NCBI GenBank assembly: GCA_020636195.1
Contig: JACJYH010000005.1
Span: forward strand, 13,435 to 77,434
DNA from: Lewinellaceae bacterium
Lineage (GTDB): Bacteria > Bacteroidota > Bacteroidia > Chitinophagales > Saprospiraceae
Direction: 5' to 3'
DNA length: 64,000 nt
In this document: one piece after another, positions 1 to 6,424 of the stretch
How the letters are laid out: each line of letters begins with the position of its first letter
How positions within the stretch are numbered: position 1 is the first letter of the stretch
Notes under the pieces: generated by a model
Told to the model about the DNA's origin: nothing
Databases searched by the model: none
What the model saw: only the letters and a program-made list of their open reading frames with translations
Made by a program: the position numbers and the translations under genes

Positions 1-367
1 CTTTTAAGTTGAAATCAAACCCAACCAAAAGTTCAGCTTCACCATCTATTACATTCCTTTGCCCTCTTACATTTGTGGTATCCCCTTGGATCACCTTCAC
101 CATTTCAGCAGTCAAACGACCTACCATTCTGTTGTCCGCAGAATTTTGTAAGATCGTTCTGAACGCAGTTCTTAGCAATCTACCAGCTTTACCAGCAGCT
201 CCAAATTCCGCACCATTCTCCCTTGTCCTTTGAAAATTAGGATCATTAGCAATTCGATCAGCTTCGATTCCGCCTTTTTCTCTTGCAAGGTAGCCATCTT
301 GTGACTTGTAAAAAGTTATACCACCAAGGGTACCATTCAATTTGATTAATCCCGATTGACGAGCCAT
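1..367 (-). CDS. hypothetical protein, 5' fragment (gene continues past the left edge)
   Basis: Absent from the ORF track because it has no stop in the window. The reverse complement of 1-367 starts at ATG (365-367) and reads MARQSGLIKLNGTLGGITFYKSQDGYLAREKGG... for 122 codons without a stop. The + strand ORF 9-233 is antisense to it. Confidence 0.6.
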   Translation of the reverse strand, partial: MARQSGLIKLNGTLGGITFYKSQDGYLAREKGGIEADRIANDPNFQRTRENGAEFGAAGKAGRLLRTAFRTILQNSADNRMVGRLTAEMVKVIQGDTTNVRGQRNVIDGEAELLVGFDFNLK

Positions 368-395
368 TTTAATTCAATTTAAGCGTTAAACAATA

Positions 396-905
396 TTATA
401 AAGCATTGCACCCTCGGCAATATCTAAATCTATACTTTGCATTGTACTCTCTGAAATGCCAAGGTGGACACACATTCTCTTTTCCACACTCCCACAACCC
501 AAGTTTTCTATCTGATGCTCTTTTCATCACTTGTTCCAGCTTTTTATTCCTGTCATAATTGATGTAGTGCCAAGCCCAACCATTTCTGATTAAAAAAGAG
601 TCAAGACTTCTTTTACCAATCTTTATTCTCCCAAGTTCCCTATCATACAAGTCTATTTTGACATATTCATAAGTCACATACTTTCCAAGAATCAGATCCC
701 TAACCTTTGCCTGAGCTTGCAATCCCCAGCTTTGATTGAGTTCTGGAGCATCCACATTAAGCAATCTGACAGTCTTCAAACTTTCATTAACTTTCAACAC
801 ATAAGTATCTCCATCCTTCACTTGCATAACTCTTGCAGATACTTGTGAAATACCGTCAAAAGAGATCATCAGTACCAATAAAAAAGCTACTATTTTGCAT
901 TTCAT
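396..905 (-). CDS. secreted thermonuclease (SNase-fold) family protein
   Basis: Signal-peptide-like MKCKIVAFLLVLMISF, then DGDTYVLKV...VRLLNVDAPE...DRELGR, the pattern of staphylococcal-nuclease homologues. Start taken at the second Met; the ORF-track start is 923. Confidence 0.8.
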   Translation of the reverse strand: MKCKIVAFLLVLMISFDGISQVSARVMQVKDGDTYVLKVNESLKTVRLLNVDAPELNQSWGLQAQAKVRDLILGKYVTYEYVKIDLYDRELGRIKIGKRSLDSFLIRNGWAWHYINYDRNKKLEQVMKRASDRKLGLWECGKENVCPPWHFREYNAKYRFRYCRGCNAL

Positions 906-1062
906 ATGGCAAAAATATAGCACATTTTACTTGTTTTAAAACAGCTACTTCCGATATTTCCGATAAGTCCACATTATGCCATAAAACACACTTTTACCAC
1001 TCATTTATTCTTCGTATCTTTGCCTTATTAAAAGCATATTAAAAGTATAGATAAAGTATCAA

Positions 1063-1251
1063 ATGAACAGACTGTGTATATATCCGAAAGACATTCAGAT
1101 AATCACAGGCAAAAGCGATAGATATGGCAGATATATCATCAAGAAGATCAAAGATCATTTCAGTAAAGAGCAACACCAGCTTGTTACCATTGATGAGTTC
1201 TGCCAGTATATGGGTTTACAATACGATGCCGTAATTAAGGAAATCCGGTAA
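1063..1251 (+). CDS. small helix-turn-helix / excisionase-like DNA-binding protein
   Basis: 62 aa. The YPKDIQIITGKSDRYGRYIIKKIKDHF pattern resembles small HTH proteins that accompany integrases on Bacteroidota mobile elements. Called from memory of the family only. Confidence 0.5.
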   Translation: MNRLCIYPKDIQIITGKSDRYGRYIIKKIKDHFSKEQHQLVTIDEFCQYMGLQYDAVIKEIR

Positions 1252-1394
1252 ACCACACAAAAGCTGTAGCCTGTGACACAGCAACACCCTACTCCATACT
1301 TAACTTTTTACTTTCTCATCTTTTCCAATAGTTGTTCTTACTATCTCAAAGTACTCTTTACCATCCTAAGCAGGTACTAAGGTAGGTTCGATCT

Positions 1395-1466
1395 GCATAT
1401 ATGCAAGGTCTGCCTATCGGCTGGCATCTCGTCATGCTGACGAGACGATCCACCTTGCATTTATGC
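1395..1466 (+). other. nested hairpin in the leader of the 1542 gene
   Basis: GCATATATGCAAGGT (1395-1409) pairs with ACCTTGCATTTATGC (1452-1466) at 14 of 15 positions. It encloses a perfect 8-bp hairpin, TCTCGTCA-tgc-TGACGAGA (1427-1445). Confidence 0.7.
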
Positions 1467-1541
1467 ATCTCTTCACCTGGCATTGTACCTGATAGGTTGG
1501 CATGGAGTCAGCCACATTTTTTACTTTATAAACATTTTATC

Positions 1542-1850
1542 ATGAGTAGTATTACTAAGTTATTTCCGTTAGGTTGTGTTTATATGACATCTGGAGTAGA
1601 TTCAGTTTGTCATCAGCATCCATCATTCTTTCAGTTCATTGCAGAATGCCTTACATCTCACTGTAGTGGTGATTTTGGCACCTTGTGTCATAGTGATATC
1701 GCCACTAATCAGGTAGCCATTCAGCACGGGGGTCGTGTCTTTTCATCGTATGCCATACCATCAGAGATTGATAGTTGTGGTGATAAGTTATGGGTCATCA
1801 CCGAGTCAGATCGGTCATCTACTACAGTTTTGTTTCCAGGGGAGTATTAG
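1542..1850 (+). CDS. small conserved plasmid/ICE-associated protein (function unknown)
   Basis: The C-terminus DKLWVITESDRSSTTVLFPGEY and the internal GDFGTLC...N..A...GGRVFSSY match a roughly 100-aa family I recall from conjugative elements. Start set at ATG 1542. The upstream part of ORF 1401-1850 is the hairpin region. Confidence 0.6.
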   Translation: MSSITKLFPLGCVYMTSGVDSVCHQHPSFFQFIAECLTSHCSGDFGTLCHSDIATNQVAIQHGGRVFSSYAIPSEIDSCGDKLWVITESDRSSTTVLFPGEY

Positions 1851-1863
1851 TGCTCCCTTTTTT
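1840..1863 (+). terminator. possible intrinsic terminator
   Basis: GGGAG-tattagtg-CTCCC followed by TTTTTT, overlapping the stop codon. The stem is only 5 bp. Confidence 0.4.
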
Positions 1864-1951
1864 ATACGATAATAATAAGTATAATTGTTAATTTTTTATT
1901 AACTAAGATATTTAATTGTACCTTTGCGGTCTTTATAAGAGTTATAGTATC

Positions 1952-2446
1952 ATGTCAATAATTCAATTAGCTAAATATGTCGTTCTTTATTGTAATTTAA
2001 ATGGGATTGATATATCTCATTTGAAACTACAAAAGTTACTTTATTACATACAAAGTTGGCATTTAGTGTATTTTGAAAAGGAATTACTGTTTAGCGATAC
2101 ACCAGAAGCATGGTTAAACGGTCCTGTTTATACAACTGTATATTCTGATTATTTTCATAAGCAAGGTTATAAAATGAATGATCTTATTGTTTTGGATCAG
2201 GACAATTCAAATCTTGAGAAAGAGTATTCTGAGCTAAGTAACAAATTAGCAGATAAAGCAGCATTAGTTGACAAAGTATTATTAAAATATTCAACATTGA
2301 CTGCAGAAAAGCTAGTTTTATTGACACACTGTGAAATGCCTTGGAGCAAAGCAAGAGAAAAGTGCGAAGACATGACATGTAGAGAGCCAATATCTATTGA
2401 TGACATGTATTCTTATTATTCTAGCTTAATAACTAATAAAGCTTAG
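1952..2446 (+). CDS. Panacea (DUF4065, SocA-like) domain protein, antitoxin-like
   Basis: The N-terminus IIQLAKYVVLYCNLNGIDISHLKLQKLLYYIQSWHLVYFEKELLFSDTPEAWLNGPVY matches the LQKLLYY...W..GPV signature of DUF4065. Confidence 0.75.
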   Translation: MSIIQLAKYVVLYCNLNGIDISHLKLQKLLYYIQSWHLVYFEKELLFSDTPEAWLNGPVYTTVYSDYFHKQGYKMNDLIVLDQDNSNLEKEYSELSNKLADKAALVDKVLLKYSTLTAEKLVLLTHCEMPWSKAREKCEDMTCREPISIDDMYSYYSSLITNKA

Positions 2447-2460
2447 CAAGTTGTTTATTT

Positions 2461-2667
2461 ATGTACGACCAAATAGGTGTTGAAATTTTACAGCAGTTAG
2501 ACGAAGAAAACATCAGTTTGAAATATGATCCCAAAAGAGAAGTTAATATAAAACAACCGCTTCATTGTAAACCGATCTTTGATTATCACTTTCTAAATAT
2601 AGATATTGAACCATCTTATTGTGTTTGTAAATCAGATTTACCAAAATGTTTATTTGCAATACTTTAG
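2461..2667 (+). CDS. hypothetical, possibly the 5' part of a frameshifted gene
   Basis: 68-aa ORF that starts 15 nt after the Panacea gene. It overlaps the next ORF (2606-2953) in a different frame. Confidence 0.3.
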   Translation: MYDQIGVEILQQLDEENISLKYDPKREVNIKQPLHCKPIFDYHFLNIDIEPSYCVCKSDLPKCLFAIL

Positions 2668-2953
2668 AAAGGTAAAAGAAATATCCAACAAGACTCTTAA
2701 TAATTGTATTGAAAATCTCAAACATTTCAAGATTACTAGTCAGCCAAATAAAGAAGAAATTCGTTTATATAAATTATTAGTTCTAAAGAATGAAAACGCA
2801 AAAATTGATCACAATAATATGCCATTGTTTGGTCATTTTGAACTTTGGACATCTGAAGAGTCTTCCCCACGAGTATTTTTTATAGTTGGGAGAATGGGTT
2901 TGTTAAATATACTACTCATAGACTTTAATCATGAAATTCATCGTAGAAAATAA
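2606..2953 (+). CDS. hypothetical, candidate toxin partner (or 3' part of a frameshifted gene)
   Basis: 115-aa ORF that opens directly after an in-frame TAG at 2600-2602. The C-terminal SPRVFFIVGRMGLLNILLIDFNHEIH loosely resembles the beta-strand core of RelE/ParE-like toxins. This is weak. Confidence 0.4.
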   Translation: MNHLIVFVNQIYQNVYLQYFRKVKEISNKTLNNCIENLKHFKITSQPNKEEIRLYKLLVLKNENAKIDHNNMPLFGHFELWTSEESSPRVFFIVGRMGLLNILLIDFNHEIHRRK

Positions 2954-3137
2954 GAATTTTCTCTTGTTTTCTTTTCTTCCACCTACTTTTGTTGCCCAAC
3001 CGTTGCCCAATCGCCTGAATCCCTTTATTTATAAGCATTTCAGGATAATGTATTGGGAAGTAAAGTTAATTTCCTTTAAAGGTAAATGATATTTATTTGA
3101 AGCTAATATATATTTTTGCAAAAGATTGCACATTCAT

Positions 3138-5027
3138 ATGAATCATACATTAAAACGGGTAAAAAAATCAGAGAAGCCGGTAGCAACCAGTAAGCTTCCT
3201 TCCATGAATGTATTGTGGCATATTCTGGGCGTAGTTATAATTATTGCATCTACTTACTTTTTCTATCGTGGTGCTTTGAATAATGCGTTTGTCAATTGGG
3301 ACGACCAAGTCTATGTAGAGGAACAACCTTTGGTATTGGAAAAAGAGTATGCTGCTCTATGGAAGACTCCAGTATCTCTCAATTATCATCCATTGACGAT
3401 GACGTCTTTGGCAGCACAAGTGCCAAAAGATGTCAAGAAATTATCACCGAAGCCATTCATTCATGTCAATATCTGGCTACATATTTTTAATAGCATTTTA
3501 GTTTTCATTTTGATATGGAACATCCATCGAAGAAATTGGTGGGTTGCTATTTTTACTGCATTGATATTTGCGCTGCATCCTACCCATGTGGAGTCTGTAG
3601 TGTGGGTTTCAGAGCGAAAAGATGTACTGTATTCCTTCTTTTTTTTATTGGCGTGTATCAGTTACTGGCAGTACCTGCAAAAGAAAAACATTGGGTGGTT
3701 TGTGTTTGCATTTGTCTTATTTGTATGTAGTGTTTTGTCAAAAGCGGTAGCTGTGACCTTGCCTTTGGTCTTGTTGCTCTTGGATTATTGGCAAAACAGA
3801 TCATTTAAAGATAAGCAATTATGGATTGAAAAAATTCCGTTTTTTGTTGTGTCTTTATTTTTTGGATTAATGGCCATAAGTGTACAAGGAGGAGGTGATT
3901 TTGGTGGACTTTTAACGCTTGCTGGAGAAAAAACCAAAGCATTGGCTGGGATAGAGGTATTCACAATTTGGGAAAGAATCCAATTTGCTTCCTATGGTTT
4001 TATAAATTATATCTTTAAATTTTTTGCTCCCATTCATTTAAGCGCTTTTTATCCATATCCTGAAGGTAACTCCTTGGGAGCGTTTGGTATAGCATATCCA
4101 TTGTTGGTAGTAGTTTTAGGAGGATTAACTGTATGGTCAATGAAACGTACAAAGATTTTTGCCTTTAGCTTAGGATTTTACTTTATAACTATTGCCCTTG
4201 TATTGCAATTTATTTCTGTGGGATTGGCCATTACAGCTGACAGATATACTTACATTCCTTATATCGGATTGGGTTTTTGTGTGATGTATATTTTGGATAC
4301 ATGGTTGGTGCCATTGGCTTCTTACATGAAGTATGCGGTTTCAATTGTTTTGGGTATTGTATTGATTTATTTTGGCCTACAAACACAAAAACAAGCTATG
4401 GTATGGAAGGATAGCGAAACCTTATGGAGCCAAGTTTTGGAAATCTATCCAACGTGTGATCTTGCATTGGGAAATAGAGGAAATTATAGAGGAAAGAATG
4501 GCAATATACAAGGAGCAATGCAGGATTTTGAAGTTGCTATTTCTGATGGATGTGACGAAGGTAATGTATATGAAGGCTTGGGAAATTGTTATGGATCTCT
4601 CGCAATGCAACAACCCTCAAACAAGGATGAATTGGTGCAAAAATCAATAATGATGTATCAAAAGGCTATCGAAATAGACTCTACAAAGGTCAATGTTTAT
4701 ATCAACCTTGGCATCACTCAGGTACAGACTAATTCAAAAGATGCCATAATTACTTTAGAAAAAGCACTTGCCATGGCACCATTTAAGGAAGCTTATATCT
4801 TACCTGCCTATGGCGCTGCTTTGATAAATGTAGGTCAAAATGATAAAGCTATTCAAGTACTTTCACAAACCATCCAAAAACATGGAAGCCGTGTAGATGT
4901 GCTTTATAACAGAGCATTAGCATATACCAATTTGGGTAATATAGCAGCTGCAAAGGCGGACTTAAATGCGGTGCTCGCTATAAATCCTAACCATGAAGGA
5001 GCCAAGGCTAAACTCTCGGAATTGTAA
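3138..5027 (+). CDS. polytopic membrane protein with C-terminal TPR repeats (TMTC / GT39-like glycosyltransferase family)
   Basis: About 10 hydrophobic segments and the FVNWDDQVYV motif near the first loop. The C-terminal 200 aa are TPR-like. Confidence 0.7.
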   Translation: MNHTLKRVKKSEKPVATSKLPSMNVLWHILGVVIIIASTYFFYRGALNNAFVNWDDQVYVEEQPLVLEKEYAALWKTPVSLNYHPLTMTSLAAQVPKDVKKLSPKPFIHVNIWLHIFNSILVFILIWNIHRRNWWVAIFTALIFALHPTHVESVVWVSERKDVLYSFFFLLACISYWQYLQKKNIGWFVFAFVLFVCSVLSKAVAVTLPLVLLLLDYWQNRSFKDKQLWIEKIPFFVVSLFFGLMAISVQGGGDFGGLLTLAGEKTKALAGIEVFTIWERIQFASYGFINYIFKFFAPIHLSAFYPYPEGNSLGAFGIAYPLLVVVLGGLTVWSMKRTKIFAFSLGFYFITIALVLQFISVGLAITADRYTYIPYIGLGFCVMYILDTWLVPLASYMKYAVSIVLGIVLIYFGLQTQKQAMVWKDSETLWSQVLEIYPTCDLALGNRGNYRGKNGNIQGAMQDFEVAISDGCDEGNVYEGLGNCYGSLAMQQPSNKDELVQKSIMMYQKAIEIDSTKVNVYINLGITQVQTNSKDAIITLEKALAMAPFKEAYILPAYGAALINVGQNDKAIQVLSQTIQKHGSRVDVLYNRALAYTNLGNIAAAKADLNAVLAINPNHEGAKAKLSEL

Positions 5028-5177
5028 TGCGCTGACATTGTAATGTTGTTATCTTTCAATGTTATTTTGTAGTCCAACAGTTATACAATATCCAGAACCA
5101 CTATATTTATAGATTTTATGAAGGTAATAGTAAATCGCAACATCTTCAAAACCAATAAGAAATGAAGCCACAATAAA

Positions 5178-5256
5178 TTTAACAACAAATTTATTGTTAA
5201 AAAATTTAACAACATAATTATTGTTATGTATCTTTGCCAATAAAATTATTGTTAAG
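5178..5256. promoter_or_regulatory. three tandem operator-like palindromes TTTAACAA-N8-TTGTTAAA
   Basis: Site 1 at 5178-5201 is perfect 8+8. Site 2 at 5205-5228 is TTTAACAA-N8-TTGTTAtg. Site 3 at 5233-5256 is TTTGCCAA-N8-TTGTTAAg. Centres are 27-28 bp apart, and the last site abuts the GTG start. Confidence 0.5.
5229..5236 (+). promoter_or_regulatory. Bacteroidota-type -7 promoter box
   Basis: TATCTTTG is an exact match to TAnnTTTG. It lies 20 nt upstream of the 5256 start. Confidence 0.4.
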
Positions 5257-6413
5257 TGAAATGGATTCGACCAAATACAATTACAGGTTCTGTTGCTCAA
5301 GGTGCTAAATATTTTAGAAGAAAAGACATAGAAGACAAAATATGGCACGAACTGCAAAAAGGAAATAGTGTACTTTTCCTAGCTCCTAGAAGAGTGGGCA
5401 AATCTTCTATAATATCTTACATGGCCGACAATCCAGCAGATGGATTTTGCTGCAAATATGAAGATATAGAGTCTGACAGTTCTATTCAAGATTTTTATAA
5501 GCGACTGATCCGAATGTCTCTTGACTCACTTACAAAATATGGTAAAGTCAAAAAAGGGATTTCTGGATGGTGGAATAGCTGGACTATAGAATCCATAGGA
5601 AAAGATAATGTGGGAATAGTTAAGGCGGAAGTAGATCATAGGAAGGAATTTAAGAATTTATTAGGTGAGCTAAAAAAGAACGAAGAAAAAGTAGCTTTAT
5701 TTCTGGATGAATTTCCGGATGTGATATTAAAACTTTCAAAGAATAATGAAGCAGAACAGCTATTGGAAGATGTGAGACATCTTTGCCATGATGATCAATT
5801 TAAAGGTACATTTACTTTGGTATTACTTGGTTCAGTTGGACTCGCACATATTGTAAAGCAAGTAACCGGTAGAAGCCACAAAATAAACCAGTTACACAAG
5901 GAACATTTACCATCATTGGAGAGAACTAAAGCTGAAGATTTTCTTGACTTTCTCTTACAAGGTGCCACAATGAAACTAGGTAGTAACGAAAGAGAATATC
6001 TACTCAATAAAGTAGGCAATTATATCCCTTTTTACATTCAGCTGTTGATTGAAGAATGCGATGATAGCTTATACATGGAACAGAGAGAAAAATTAACTTG
6101 TATAGACATCGATAAGGCTTATGCTTCATTATTGAAAAAGAATGAGCATTTCCAAGATTGGGATGAAAGGCTTTCTAAATATTTTTCAGAAAAATACAGA
6201 TTTCTCCACCAAGTATTAACTCAATGTGCACGAAAAGGAAGTATTTCTTTACTCGATATTCTTGACATCGGAGTAAAATATGGGAACGACTTATATTGGA
6301 AAGCCGATATTGATGACATACTAGTCGCAGATGGTTATATTACTGCGGATGAGGATAATTATACGTTTATTTCTCCACTAATGCGGGATTGGTGGAAACT
6401 TCGACACCCATAA
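5256..6413 (+). CDS. P-loop NTPase, archaeal-type ATPase (PF01637/DUF234-like) family
   Basis: Walker A LFLAPRRVGKSS and Walker B VALFLDEFPD. The N-terminal F.RR..E...W..L pattern is typical of the family. GTG start with no in-frame ATG nearby. Confidence 0.8.
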   Translation: MKWIRPNTITGSVAQGAKYFRRKDIEDKIWHELQKGNSVLFLAPRRVGKSSIISYMADNPADGFCCKYEDIESDSSIQDFYKRLIRMSLDSLTKYGKVKKGISGWWNSWTIESIGKDNVGIVKAEVDHRKEFKNLLGELKKNEEKVALFLDEFPDVILKLSKNNEAEQLLEDVRHLCHDDQFKGTFTLVLLGSVGLAHIVKQVTGRSHKINQLHKEHLPSLERTKAEDFLDFLLQGATMKLGSNEREYLLNKVGNYIPFYIQLLIEECDDSLYMEQREKLTCIDIDKAYASLLKKNEHFQDWDERLSKYFSEKYRFLHQVLTQCARKGSISLLDILDIGVKYGNDLYWKADIDDILVADGYITADEDNYTFISPLMRDWWKLRHP

Positions 6414-6424
6414 AAGACAAGATC

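Noticed and set aside
9-233. 74-aa + strand ORF at the left edge
   Set aside because: It lies antisense to a longer uninterrupted minus-strand reading frame (1-367) that has a plausible ATG and protein-like sequence. Its own product is low-complexity Ser/Pro/Leu.
1427-1445. A CUGACGAG string resembling the hammerhead ribozyme core
   Set aside because: It is simply the 3' arm of a perfect 8-bp hairpin. No GAAA element or cleavage-site context is arranged in a three-way junction.
1401-1541. N-terminal 47 codons of track ORF 1401-1850
   Set aside because: This part coincides with the nested-hairpin region and reads as implausible protein. The family-like sequence begins at ATG 1542.
5049-5357. 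102-aa minus-strand ORF across the 5.0-5.3 kb intergenic region
   Set aside because: It spans the AT-rich promoter/operator region and the start of the NTPase gene. Its product is low-complexity Asn/Phe/Ile-rich sequence with no motif.
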